In this document: positions 46,528-57,574 of the stretch, one piece after another
Layout of the letters: each line of letters starts with the position of its first letter
How positions within the stretch are numbered: the first letter of the stretch is position 1
Assembly (NCBI GenBank): GCA_025363315.1
Contig: JANYED010000167.1
Location: 8,348 to 72,347 of the forward strand
From: Polaromonas sp.
GTDB taxonomy: Bacteria; Pseudomonadota; Gammaproteobacteria; Burkholderiales; Burkholderiaceae_C
Direction: 5' to 3'
DNA length: 64,000 bases
Program-made: the position numbers and the translations under genes
Notes under the pieces: model-generated
Told to the model about the DNA's origin: nothing
The model's database searches: none
Seen by the model: only the letters and a program-made list of their open reading frames with translations

Positions 46528-47811
46528 TCAGCATAACTGCTGCGAAATCACGGTTTTTTCTATCAGCCGGTCATCGCCGAGCGTGATGAGTGCAAAGAGC
46601 AGCTCATCGAGGTTGTTTGCGCGGGCGGCTTTGCGGGCCAGCAGGGGTGTGGCCTGCGGGTTGACGATGACAAAGTCAGCCTCGCAGCCCGGTTGCAGGT
46701 TGCCGACCACGCCCGCCAAGCCCATGGCCTGGGCGGCACCTGCCGTGTGTTGCCACCACAGCTGCTGCGGCTTAATCGACAGGCCGGGTTTGGTGGCCCC
46801 TTCCCGGCCCACGTAATACGCGGCCAACATGGTGTGAAACGGGCTGAACGACGTGCCGCCGCCCACGTCGCTGGCCAGGCCGTAAGAAAAACCCGCCTGG
46901 TCGGCCGCGCGATAGTCAAAATAGCCGCTGCCCAAAAAGAGGTTGCTGGTCGGGCTGACCGCGGCAGCTGTGCCCGTGCTTCGCATCAAGGCGCGGTCGT
47001 CATCGTCAATATGAATGCAGTGGGCGTACACGGCTTTGGGCCGCAGCAGACCAAATTGTTCGTACACGCTGAGGTAGCTGCGAGCCTTCGGGTACAGGCG
47101 TTTGACCCAGGCGATTTCATCCTTGTTCTCCGCCACGTGGGACTGAATCCACACGTCTGGATACTTGGCTGCCAGCACGCCCGCGCCCTGCAATTGCGCC
47201 GCGCTGCTGGTCGGTACAAAGCGTGGGGTGATCGCATAACCCAGCCGGTCAATGCCGTGCCATTTGTTGATCAGGGCTTCAGTATCGACGAGACTCTGCT
47301 TTGTTTCATCACGCAGGCCGTCGGGGGCGTTTTGGTCCATCAGTACCTTGCCAGCCACCATGCGCAAACTTTGCTTTCGCGCCTCGCCCAGCAGTGCGTC
47401 AACAGATTGTCGGTGTGATGTGGCAAAAGTGAGCGCGGTTGTCACGCCATTGCGAAGCAGTTCTGCTATGAAGAACGTAGCTGCTTGCGCACAGTATTCG
47501 GGCGCTGCAAAGCGCTTTTCTTCTGGAAAGGTGTGGTTCTTCAGCCACGGCAGCAAGCCGTCAGCGGGCAAGCCCATCACGTCTGTCTGCGGGAAGTGGA
47601 TGTGCATGTCTACAAAACCAGGGGCGATGATGCGGCCGGGCAGGTGTTCAACCGGCAAGTCGGGGTAGCTCGAACGCAAGCTTTGAAAGCTGCCAATGGC
47701 CTGGACGACCTGGCGACCTTGTGTGTTGGGGCCTGCGACGAGCAGCCCGTCTTGTTCAAAAACGGCGTCGCGGCCCTTGAAGTGCAGCAGCGAGGCGCGG
47801 TAGGCTTTCAT
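46528..47811 (-). CDS. guaD: Guanine deaminase
   Basis: PGFVDMHIHFPQ, WLKNHTFPEE, AITPRF, QSHVAEN, AHCIH, SNLFLGSG, ASDVGGGTS. Confidence 0.93.
   Translation of the reverse strand: MKAYRASLLHFKGRDAVFEQDGLLVAGPNTQGRQVVQAIGSFQSLRSSYPDLPVEHLPGRIIAPGFVDMHIHFPQTDVMGLPADGLLPWLKNHTFPEEKRFAAPEYCAQAATFFIAELLRNGVTTALTFATSHRQSVDALLGEARKQSLRMVAGKVLMDQNAPDGLRDETKQSLVDTEALINKWHGIDRLGYAITPRFVPTSSAAQLQGAGVLAAKYPDVWIQSHVAENKDEIAWVKRLYPKARSYLSVYEQFGLLRPKAVYAHCIHIDDDDRALMRSTGTAAAVSPTSNLFLGSGYFDYRAADQAGFSYGLASDVGGGTSFSPFHTMLAAYYVGREGATKPGLSIKPQQLWWQHTAGAAQAMGLAGVVGNLQPGCEADFVIVNPQATPLLARKAARANNLDELLFALITLGDDRLIEKTVISQQLC
47465..47518 (+). repeat. 54-bp motif, copy 13 (antisense inside guaD, KRFAAPEYCAQAATFFIA)
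   Basis: gctat gaagaac gtagc tgct tgcgc aca gtattcg ggcgct gcaaagcgcttt. Confidence 0.82.
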
Positions 47812-47822
47812 CGTTCAAGGCA

Positions 47823-48197
47823 TCAGTTGGTCAAAGTGCAACTGTCACCCATGCCATCGCGCCACACCCGAACTGCAGCCAGGCCGGGCAAGCTGGGGGC
47901 TAAAGCGCGCCATATGTAGGCACACAGGTTCTCTAGCGTGGCCGTGCCCAGGCCGGGCACGTCGTCCAGCATGCGGTGGTCCAGCTGGGGGCGCAGCAGC
48001 TCAATGGCTGCGCGCACGCGGCCCAGGTCGAGCACCATGCCCGTGGCGGGGTCAGGCTGGCCGCTCAAGGTGACCTCGGCGTTGTAGGTGTGGCCGTGGA
48101 TGCGGCGGCTTGCCTCGGCCTGTGTGTCGGCTCCAGTTTCACGCTTGAGCGTGTGTGCGGCATCGAAATAAAAGCGTTGGCTGATTTGGTACGTCAT
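47823..48197 (-). CDS. queD: 6-carboxy-5,6,7,8-tetrahydropterin synthase
   Basis: FDAAHTL, IHGHTY, LDHRMLD, TLENL motifs; downstream of queE. Confidence 0.88.
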   Translation of the reverse strand: MTYQISQRFYFDAAHTLKRETGADTQAEASRRIHGHTYNAEVTLSGQPDPATGMVLDLGRVRAAIELLRPQLDHRMLDDVPGLGTATLENLCAYIWRALAPSLPGLAAVRVWRDGMGDSCTLTN

Positions 48198-48225
48198 CTG
48201 AAAGCCTTCAGCAATTGCCTGTCAT

Positions 48226-48861
48226 TTAGCGAATGCCAGTCAGTTTGTGGGTTTGCAGGCTGAGTCGCCACGCCGGGCGCTGCATGCAAAGTGCAATGCA
48301 ATCGCTGAGATTAGCCGCTTTCAGCACGTTGTCCATCGGCTGCAAATAGCGATGGGTGAATTGGGCGGCTTCAAGCTCTGTCAGATGAAATGCAATTTGC
48401 GGCCACACCACTTTCAGCTCATTGCCATGCCGCTGCACCCACGGCGCACCGGCTTTAGGGCTGACGCAAATCCAGTCGATGCCTGCTGGGGCGGTGATCG
48501 TGCCGTTGGTCTCCACCGCGATTTCAAAACCGCGCGCATGCAGCGCTTCAATCAAAGCCGCATCGACTTGCAGCAATGGCTCACCACCTGTCATCACAAC
48601 GAAACGATGCGCTTTGCCGGCGACAGGCCACTGCGCGGCGATTTGGTCGGCAAGCGCATCCGCATCAGCAAACTTGCCGCCGAGCGTGCCGTCCGTCCCC
48701 ACAAAATCGGTATCGCAAAAATTGCAGATCGCGCTGGCGCGGTCTTGCTCGCGGCCAGACCACAAATTGCAGCCCGCAAAGCGGCAAAACACTGCTGGGC
48801 GACCTGCGTTAGCGCCTTCGCCTTGCAGGGTGTAAAAAATTTCTTTGACTTGATAGCTCAT
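48226..48861 (-). CDS. queE: 7-carboxy-7-deazaguanine synthase (CX14CX2C type)
   Basis: KEIFYTLQGEG, GC-NLWSGREQDRASAI-C-NF-C (CX14CX2C, as in Burkholderia QueE), TGGEP, ETNG, VSPK, SLQTHK. Confidence 0.95.
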   Translation of the reverse strand: MSYQVKEIFYTLQGEGANAGRPAVFCRFAGCNLWSGREQDRASAICNFCDTDFVGTDGTLGGKFADADALADQIAAQWPVAGKAHRFVVMTGGEPLLQVDAALIEALHARGFEIAVETNGTITAPAGIDWICVSPKAGAPWVQRHGNELKVVWPQIAFHLTELEAAQFTHRYLQPMDNVLKAANLSDCIALCMQRPAWRLSLQTHKLTGIR

Positions 48862-48893
48862 AACAAGCTCCATGCCGCAATAGGCAGAGCGGT

Positions 48894-48924
48894 GAGGTTT
48901 TTATACATGGTAGTCCTCTACATG
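48894..48924 (-). ncRNA. Candidate preQ1 class I riboswitch aptamer
   Basis: RNA CAUG-UAGAGGACUAC-CAUG-UAUAAAAA-CCUC: 4-bp P1, loop starting with U and ending in AC, A-rich linker, and 3' CCUC pairing with loop GAGG (H-type pseudoknot); 32 nt upstream of the queE ATG. Confidence 0.55.
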
Positions 48925-48986
48925 GCGCCGAGAAATTGAATTTGAGTTGCTTGTCGGGCGGCAAGCGACTCGATAAGTTTAAAGCC

Positions 48987-50027
48987 TCACGCAAATGTGG
49001 CGAAACAGGCGTCCAGCTGGTCGATGTATCGGCGCTTGGCCGATGCGTCAATGAAGCTGGCTTCAAAACTGTTGCGCGCCAAGGTGTACGCCTGCTGCGC
49101 TTGCAAGCCTGTGGCCACAAACGTTTGTGTGAAGTTGTCATTCATGTAGCCGCCAAAGTAAGCCGGGTCGTCTGAATTGACAGTCACCGCCAAGCCGGTA
49201 TCCAGCAAATGCTTGATGTTATGGCTGGCCAGATCAGGAAACACGCAGAGCTTGAGGTTGGACAGTGGGCACACCGTCAGTGCAATGCGATCTGTCGCCA
49301 AACGCTGCAGCAGCGCGGCGTCTTTGCTGGACTGCACGCCATGGTCAATGCGCTCGACTTTGAGTACATCCAGCGCCGTCCACACATAAGCTGGCGGGCC
49401 TTCTTCACCAGCATGGGCAACGAGGTGAAAGCCCAGCTCCCGGCAACGCGCAAACACACGTGCAAACTTTTCGGGCGGATTGCCGACTTCGCCCGAATCA
49501 AGCCCAATACCGATGATTTTGTCCCTGTACGGCAGCGCTTGCTCCAGCGTTTCAAACGCTTCTTGCTCGCTGAGATGCCGCAAAAAGCACATGATGAGCG
49601 AGCCGTTCACGCCCAGCTCGGCTTGCGCATCCACACACGCACGATGTAGCCCGTTGATGACCACATCCATGCTCACGCCGCGCGCGGTGTGCGTTTGCGG
49701 GTCAAAAAACAGCTCGGCATGAATCACGTTGTCTGCAGCAGCCCTGACAAAGTAAGCGCTCGCCATGTCGTAAAAGTCCTGCTCTTTCAGCAGCACACTG
49801 GCCCCGGCATAATAAATGTCAAGAAAGCTTTGGAGATTGGTGAAGGCGTAGGCTTGACGAAGCTCTGCAACGCTGCTGTAGGGAATGGTGATGTTGTTGC
49901 GCTGGGCCAGTGCGAAGATCAGCTCCGGCTCCAGGGAGCCTTCAATGTGAATATGCAACTCCGCCTTGGGCATGGTCCTCAGCAAGTCAGGCAAGCGGTT
50001 TGCGGCAACGGGTTTGACGTGATTCAT
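48987..50027 (-). CDS. add: Adenosine/adenine deaminase
   Basis: Probable start MNHVKP; PKAELHIHIEGSLEP, AHAGEE, RIDHG, CPLSN, NSDDP. Confidence 0.92.
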   Translation of the reverse strand: MNHVKPVAANRLPDLLRTMPKAELHIHIEGSLEPELIFALAQRNNITIPYSSVAELRQAYAFTNLQSFLDIYYAGASVLLKEQDFYDMASAYFVRAAADNVIHAELFFDPQTHTARGVSMDVVINGLHRACVDAQAELGVNGSLIMCFLRHLSEQEAFETLEQALPYRDKIIGIGLDSGEVGNPPEKFARVFARCRELGFHLVAHAGEEGPPAYVWTALDVLKVERIDHGVQSSKDAALLQRLATDRIALTVCPLSNLKLCVFPDLASHNIKHLLDTGLAVTVNSDDPAYFGGYMNDNFTQTFVATGLQAQQAYTLARNSFEASFIDASAKRRYIDQLDACFATFA

Positions 50028-50044
50028 TTGAACTCCAACAAAGA

Positions 50045-50068
50045 AAAAAGGCCGCAACAAAGCGGCCT
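50045..50068 (-). terminator. Intrinsic terminator after the BMP lipoprotein gene
   Basis: Minus strand AAGGCCGC-TTTGTT-GCGGCCTT followed by TTTT. Confidence 0.75.
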
Positions 50069-50088
50069 TGGCTAGACAAACCGGAATC

Positions 50089-51258
50089 TTACTTCTTGTC
50101 AGCGCCTGGCACTTTACCCTCAACGCCTTTGACGTACGTTTTCAGGCCGCCCAAAAACTTGTCATCGGCAACCGTGTCCTTGGCAATCAACTCTTTACCC
50201 GTGTTATCCATGATCGGGCCTTTCCAGATCATGAACGTGCCGTCTTTCAGGCCCGCTTTGATGTCGTTGATGCGTTTTTTGGTGTCGTCTGGCACGTCGC
50301 TAGCAACAGACACCATGTCAATCGTGCCTTCTTTTACGCCCCACCAGGTGCCCGTGCCGCCAGTCCATTTGCCTTCGAGTGCTTCGCCTACAGACTTCAC
50401 GTAGTACGGGCCCCAGTTGATGATGGCCGAGCCCAAGTGCGCTTTCGGGCCGTAGGCGGTCATGTCCGAGTCCCAGCCAAACGCGCGCTTGCCCATTTTT
50501 TCAGCGGTTTGCAACACGGCCGATGAGTCGGTGTTTTGCATCAGCACATCAGCGCCGCCGTTGATCAGGGCAGTCGCGGCTTCGGTTTCTTTGGGCGGGT
50601 TGAACCACTCGTTGACCCACACCACTTTGGTTTTGATCTTCGGGTTGACCGACTGCGCACCCAGGGTGAAGCTGTTGATGTTGCGGATCACTTCAGGAAT
50701 GGGGATCGAGCCGACCACACCCACCGTACCGGTCTTGCTCATCTTGCCTGCAATCACGCCCGCCATGTACGCGCCTTCATAGGTGCGGCTGTCGAAGGTG
50801 CGCATGTTCTCGGCGGTTTTGTAGCCGGTGGCGTGTTCAAACTTCACCCCTTTGGTGTCAGCGGCGACTTTCAGCATCGGCTCCATGTAGCCAAAGGTGG
50901 TGCCAAAAATGATTTTATTGCCTTGTGCTGCCATGTCGCGCAGCACGCGCTCGGCATCGGCTGACTCGGGCACTTTTTCCACAAAACTGGTGACGACCTT
51001 GTCGCCGTAGGCTTTTTCAACTTCTTTGCGGGCGTTGTCATGGGCAAACGTCCAGCCGCCGTCACCGACAGGGCCGACGTATGCAAAAGCGACTTTCAGG
51101 GGCTCAGCTTTTGGCGCAGGCGCTGACGCGGCAGGTGCAGGTGCTGGCGCTACAGCCACTGGTTTGACGTCTTCTTTTTTCCCACAACCAACCAGGGCCG
51201 CGGCAGCCACCGCCGTCAGGGCCGTCATCGTGAAGTAACGTTTTTGCAGGTTTGTCAT
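50089..51258 (-). CDS. BMP-family ABC transporter substrate-binding lipoprotein (purine/nucleoside)
   Basis: Probable start MTNLQKR; lipobox LVGC; VGPVGDGGWTFAH, FGTTFGYM, PIPEVIRNINSF. Confidence 0.9.
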   Translation of the reverse strand: MTNLQKRYFTMTALTAVAAAALVGCGKKEDVKPVAVAPAPAPAASAPAPKAEPLKVAFAYVGPVGDGGWTFAHDNARKEVEKAYGDKVVTSFVEKVPESADAERVLRDMAAQGNKIIFGTTFGYMEPMLKVAADTKGVKFEHATGYKTAENMRTFDSRTYEGAYMAGVIAGKMSKTGTVGVVGSIPIPEVIRNINSFTLGAQSVNPKIKTKVVWVNEWFNPPKETEAATALINGGADVLMQNTDSSAVLQTAEKMGKRAFGWDSDMTAYGPKAHLGSAIINWGPYYVKSVGEALEGKWTGGTGTWWGVKEGTIDMVSVASDVPDDTKKRINDIKAGLKDGTFMIWKGPIMDNTGKELIAKDTVADDKFLGGLKTYVKGVEGKVPGADKK

Positions 51259-51463
51259 GTCGTGTCGCTTTCGTTGTAAAAAGTAGGAAAAAAGAAAACA
51301 ATAATGTTGACGCAAGGCTCCATTTAATTGCGCTGGATACCAGGCTAGCTGCCAGTACCGCATCATATAAAAAACTCGATGCTATGTATATAAATATGGG
51401 CGCTCTTGCCGGGTAAGCTTTCAGTGATAAACGGAATACCTCTGCAACTATACATAAGCAAAC

Positions 51464-52882
51464 TTGATGCCAGCCACACCTTCACAAGCCAACACGCTGC
51501 TGATCCATCGCGCTGACGCGCTAGCCACCCTGCACGATACAGGCAGCCAGTACAAGGATGCCAGTCTGCTGATTGAGGGCAACGCGATTGCGTGGGTTGG
51601 CCGGGCAGCCGACTTGCCAGCGGGCGCGTTGGCATCGGCTGGCGACGTCATTGATGCCAGAGGCTGTGTGGTGGTGCCAGGGCTGATCAACACGCACCAC
51701 CACATGTTTCAGTCACTCACCCGGGCAGTGCCTGCGGCGCAAAATGCGGAGCTTTTTGGCTGGCTGAAGGCGTTGTATCCGATATGGGCCAGGCTGACCC
51801 CTGAGATGGTGAACGTGTCAACCCAAATCGCCATGGCCGAGCTGCTGCTGTCGGGCTGCACAACGTCGTCAGATCATTTGTACATCTACCCGAACGGCGT
51901 GCGGCTGGACGACAGCATTGAGGCCGCCGCGCGTATTGGCATGCGCTTTCATGCCACGCGCGGGGCGATGAGCGTCGGCGAAAGCGCGGGTGGCCTTCCG
52001 CCAGACAACCTGGTTGAAAACGAGGCGGCCATCCTCACTGATACTCAGCGGTTGATTGAACGTTATGACGACAAAGGTCGCTACGCGATGCTGCGGGTTG
52101 CCGCTGCGCCATGCTCACCATTTAGCGTCAGCACCAGTTTGATGCGCGAGTCTGCCGTGCTGGCAAGATCGTTAGGCGCGCGCATGCATACGCATCTGGC
52201 TGAAAACGACCACGACGTGGCCTACAGCCTTGAAAAGTTTGGCATGACACCGGCACAATACGCCGAGTCACTGGGCTGGCTGGGCAGCGATGTGTGGCAT
52301 GCCCACTGCGTCAAGCTGGACGCGCATGGCATAGGGCGCTTTGCCGCCACCGGCACAGGCGTCGCGCATTGCCCGTGCAGCAACATGCGCCTGGCGTCTG
52401 GCATTGCCCCTGTCCGCCGCATGCTGGATGCGGGTGTTGCGGTGGGCCTGGGTGTTGACGGCAGCGCCAGCAACGACGCTGCGCATTTGCTGAACGAAGC
52501 ACGGCAGGCCATGCTGCTGGCGCGGGTCGGCCGCTCGCTGGAGCCGTTTGGCTGCGATGCAGGCCCGCGCGAAATGGGTGCGATGGACGCGCTACACATG
52601 GCAACCCGTGGCGGTGCAAAAGTGCTGGGCCGCAGTGATATTGGCATGCTCGCACCGGGAATGGCCGCGGACGTGGCGATTTACGACACCCGCACGCTGG
52701 GCTTTGCCGGTGGCGCGGTTCATGACCCGATAGGCGCTTTGATGTTTTGCGTCAGCGCCAATGCGGCTTACACCATCGTTAATGGCAAAGTCGTGGTGCG
52801 CAATGGGCAACTGACGACGGTGGATTTGGGGCCGTTGATAGAGCGGCACAACCAGTTGGCCGTGCAACTTGTCAACACGTAA
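51464..52882 (+). CDS. 8-oxoguanine deaminase-like amidohydrolase
   Basis: PGLINTHHHMFQSLTRA, SSDHLY, APCSPF, HTHLAE, HCPCSNMRLASG, GVDGSASND. Confidence 0.88.
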   Translation: MMPATPSQANTLLIHRADALATLHDTGSQYKDASLLIEGNAIAWVGRAADLPAGALASAGDVIDARGCVVVPGLINTHHHMFQSLTRAVPAAQNAELFGWLKALYPIWARLTPEMVNVSTQIAMAELLLSGCTTSSDHLYIYPNGVRLDDSIEAAARIGMRFHATRGAMSVGESAGGLPPDNLVENEAAILTDTQRLIERYDDKGRYAMLRVAAAPCSPFSVSTSLMRESAVLARSLGARMHTHLAENDHDVAYSLEKFGMTPAQYAESLGWLGSDVWHAHCVKLDAHGIGRFAATGTGVAHCPCSNMRLASGIAPVRRMLDAGVAVGLGVDGSASNDAAHLLNEARQAMLLARVGRSLEPFGCDAGPREMGAMDALHMATRGGAKVLGRSDIGMLAPGMAADVAIYDTRTLGFAGGAVHDPIGALMFCVSANAAYTIVNGKVVVRNGQLTTVDLGPLIERHNQLAVQLVNT

Positions 52883-52888
52883 GGCTCT

Positions 52889-53809
52889 TCAACTGCCCGG
52901 ATAAAAGGGCTTGCCAATCGACGTCGGCATGTTCACCCGTATCCACAGCGGGTTGCGTGAGATCAGCACCAGCACCACGATGGTGGACAGGTAGGGCAGC
53001 ATGGTTAAAAACTGCGGCGGCACGCTGACACCCACGCCCTGCAGATGAAACTGCAGCATCGTCACGCCGCCAAATAGATAAGCTCCCAGGAGCACGCGCG
53101 CCGGCCGCCAGGTGGCAAAGGTCGTCAGCGCCAAGGCTATCCAGCCTTTGCCGGCAATCATGCCTTCGACCCACAGCGGGGTGTACACCACCGACACATA
53201 GGCACCCGCCAGCCCGCACAGCGCGCCGCCCGCCACTACAGCGGCCAGCCGGATGCGGCGCACTGGGTAGCCCAGCGCGTGGGCAGACTCAGGGCTTTCG
53301 CCGACCGAGCGCAGCACCAGCCCGGCTCGGGTTGAGCCTAAAAACCAGATCAAGCCCACGGCAATCCCGACCGCGATGTAGACCATCGGGTGCTGCCTGA
53401 AAAGCGCAACGCCTAAAAACGGAATGTCGCTTAAAAAAGGCAGCGCATGTTGCGTTTGTTCAGGCAGCTTTTCCTGCACATACTTGATGCCCACGAAGGC
53501 TGAAAAACCGGCTCCAAACAAACTCAGTGCCAATCCTGTTGCATATTGGTTCGTGTTGAGCCAGATCACCAGCACACCAAAAACAGCCGCCAGCAGCGCG
53601 CCCGCCGTCATGCCCGCCGCAAAGCCCAGCCAGGTGCTGCCGGTGTGCACCACAGCGGCAAAACCCGCAATGGCGGCGCACAGCATCATGCCTTCAGCGC
53701 CCAAATTTACAATGCCAGCTTTTTCATTCACGAGCAAGCCGAGTGCGGCAATGGCCAGCACCGTGCCAGCAGACAGCGTGGCAGCCAAAAGCAATGCCAT
53801 TGAATCCAT
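52889..53809 (-). CDS. Nucleoside/purine ABC transporter permease
   Basis: NLGAEGMML, NQYATGLAL, LRSVGESP, GKGWIALAL. Confidence 0.9.
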   Translation of the reverse strand: MDSMALLLAATLSAGTVLAIAALGLLVNEKAGIVNLGAEGMMLCAAIAGFAAVVHTGSTWLGFAAGMTAGALLAAVFGVLVIWLNTNQYATGLALSLFGAGFSAFVGIKYVQEKLPEQTQHALPFLSDIPFLGVALFRQHPMVYIAVGIAVGLIWFLGSTRAGLVLRSVGESPESAHALGYPVRRIRLAAVVAGGALCGLAGAYVSVVYTPLWVEGMIAGKGWIALALTTFATWRPARVLLGAYLFGGVTMLQFHLQGVGVSVPPQFLTMLPYLSTIVVLVLISRNPLWIRVNMPTSIGKPFYPGS

Positions 53810-54890
53810 CAGTTGGCTCCTTGGGGTTTCAAAGCAACAGTCTTGGAAAATCGCAGCCGGTACACCATCAACGTGTCACAAGCCAGCAGGTTAAATAGCA
53901 GCAAACCCTGAAACACACCGGTGAGCGACTTGGGCAGGCCCAGGCGCGACTGCGCCAGCTCGCCGCCAATGTAAAACATGCTCATCAGAAGAGCTGAAAA
54001 CACCACACCCAGCGGGTGAAGCCGCCCCACAAACGCCACAATGATCGCCGCAAAGCCGTAGCCCGCAGGCACATACGGCGTGAGCTGGCCAATCGGTCCG
54101 GCCACTTCAAGTGCGCCCGCCAAACCTGCCGCACCGCCTGACACCAGCAGGGCCGTCCACAGCGCGCGGCGTGACGAAAACCCGGCATAGCGCGCCGCAG
54201 CCGGAGCCAGGCCGCTGACTTCTTGCTTAAAACCCGCATAAGTGCGAAACAAAAACAGCCACAGGCCCAGCACCCCCAACGCCGCCAGCACAATGCCGAC
54301 GTTGACGCGCGAGCCTTGCATCAGTCGCGGGATTTGCGTGACCGCCTCAAACGTTTTGGTTTGCGGAAAGTTATAGCCATTCGGGTCCTTCCACGGGCCA
54401 AACACCAGATAGCTGAGTACCATATCGGCCACATACACCAGCATCAGGCTGACCAAAATTTCGCTGGCATTAAACCGGTCGCGCAGCAGCGCCGTGACGC
54501 CGCCCCACACCATGCCGCCCAGCACGCCCGCCACCAAAATCGCCGGGATGATCCACGGCCCGGTGTCTTTTTCAGCCAGCAGCGCCACGCCGCCAGCAGC
54601 CACCGCCCCCATCACAAACTGGCCCTCCGCACCAATGTTCCACACGTTCGATCGAAAGCACACCGACAAGCCCAGCGCGATGATGAGCAGCGGTGTGGCC
54701 TTGACCATCAGCTCGCTCAGCGCATTGGCGGACTTGATGGGTTCCCAAAAAAATACCGTCAGGCCTTTGACCGGGTCTTTGCCCAACAGCATGAACAACA
54801 GCACACCGATGACCACCGTCACACCAAGCGCCAGCAGCGGCGAAGCGTAGGTCCAAAACTTTGACGGCTCAGGCCGGGCTTCAAGTTTGA

Positions 54891-54894
<4 letters not shown>
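53809..54894 (-). CDS. Nucleoside/purine ABC transporter permease
   Basis: WNIGAEGQ, NASEILVSLML, GYGFAAIIVAFVGRLHP. Confidence 0.9.
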
Positions 54895-56495
<1,601 letters not shown>

Positions 56496-56523
56496 GTTGG
56501 TGAGTTCGTGTTTTCAGGGTATG

Positions 56524-56577
56524 TTTTAAGGCTGCAGCACAATATATTCGGGCGCGAGCAGCTATGATTTTCGTAGC
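56524..56577 (-). repeat. 54-bp motif, copy 14; supplies the last codons and stop of the LysR gene
   Basis: Reverse complement: gctac gaaaatc atagc tgct cgcgc ccg aatatat tgtgct gcagccttaaaa; TAG at 56562-56564. Confidence 0.9.
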
Positions 56578-57503
56578 GTTGTGGCGACCGATTTGATGCG
56601 TTCACGCAGCCACTTGGACGCATTCGACGCATGCGTTCGCTCGTGCCACAGCTGGTAGTACATCATGCGCGGAAACTCAATCGGGCTGGGCAAAATACGC
56701 AGTGGCAGCAGTTTGGCAAAGCGCTCGCAGTACTGCCGCCCGGTTGTCATCACCAGCAAGCTGGACGCCACCATCGACGGCATCAGGCCAAAGTGCGGGC
56801 AACGCACTGTAATGTTGCGTTGCAAGCCCAGCGTGGCGAGGTGTTCGTCAATCACGCCTTTTGCGCCCGGGTGGGTGGCGGTCGGCGCAATGTGCTCGGC
56901 CTCCAGCCAGCGCGCCAGGTTTTTCGGGTCCCACTTGCGGCGCACCGCAGGGTGGTCTTTGGCGACCATGCACACCACCTCGTCGCCAAACAGGCGCCCC
57001 ATGTGCAGATCGTCCGGCAGGTCCGCCCAGTTGCCAATCACGATGTCGACCTGACCCTGCGCCAAATGGGTGCGGTAATCAGACTCGGCCGACAGCGACT
57101 GGATGTCTATGTGGCAGCGCGGCGCCTGCGCCTTGATTTGTGCCACCAATTGCGGCAAGAACAAAGGGTCGAGGTAGTCGCTAGCTGCTATTTTGAAGGT
57201 GACTTGCGCGGTGGCCACGTCAAAGCCCTTGGCGTCGCTGAAGAGCATGCCGGCTGACCGCAAAATATGAGCCGAAGGCTCCAGCATGCGCAGCCCGGCG
57301 TCGGTCGGTACCATGCCGCTGCCTGAGCGCACCAGAATCGGGTCGCCCGCCAGCTCGCGCAGGCGCTTAAGCGCAGCGCTGACGGCACTTTGGTACATGC
57401 CCAGGCGCATGGCGGCGCGCGACACACTGCGTTCGGTAAGCACGGTATTCAAGACCTTGATGAGATGAAAATCTATCTTGTCGAAAAGTGCCTGGTCTTT
57501 CAT
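56562..57503 (-). CDS. LysR-family transcriptional regulator
   Basis: N-terminal HTH (ERSVSRAAMRLGMYQSAVSAALKRLRE..GDPILVR), FKIAASDY; divergent from xdhA. Confidence 0.92.
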   Translation of the reverse strand: MKDQALFDKIDFHLIKVLNTVLTERSVSRAAMRLGMYQSAVSAALKRLRELAGDPILVRSGSGMVPTDAGLRMLEPSAHILRSAGMLFSDAKGFDVATAQVTFKIAASDYLDPLFLPQLVAQIKAQAPRCHIDIQSLSAESDYRTHLAQGQVDIVIGNWADLPDDLHMGRLFGDEVVCMVAKDHPAVRRKWDPKNLARWLEAEHIAPTATHPGAKGVIDEHLATLGLQRNITVRCPHFGLMPSMVASSLLVMTTGRQYCERFAKLLPLRILPSPIEFPRMMYYQLWHERTHASNASKWLRERIKSVATTLRKS

Positions 57504-57574
57504 ATGCCTTTGTTCATAGCCTCGATATGGTTTTCAGTATGCAAGTAGCGCGCCTGCTGTCTTACCCTGCCAGA

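Noticed and set aside
51259-51463. Purine riboswitch in the BMP / deaminase divergent intergenic region
   Set aside because: AT-rich promoter-like sequence; no three-way-junction consensus of guanine/adenine riboswitches found by eye.
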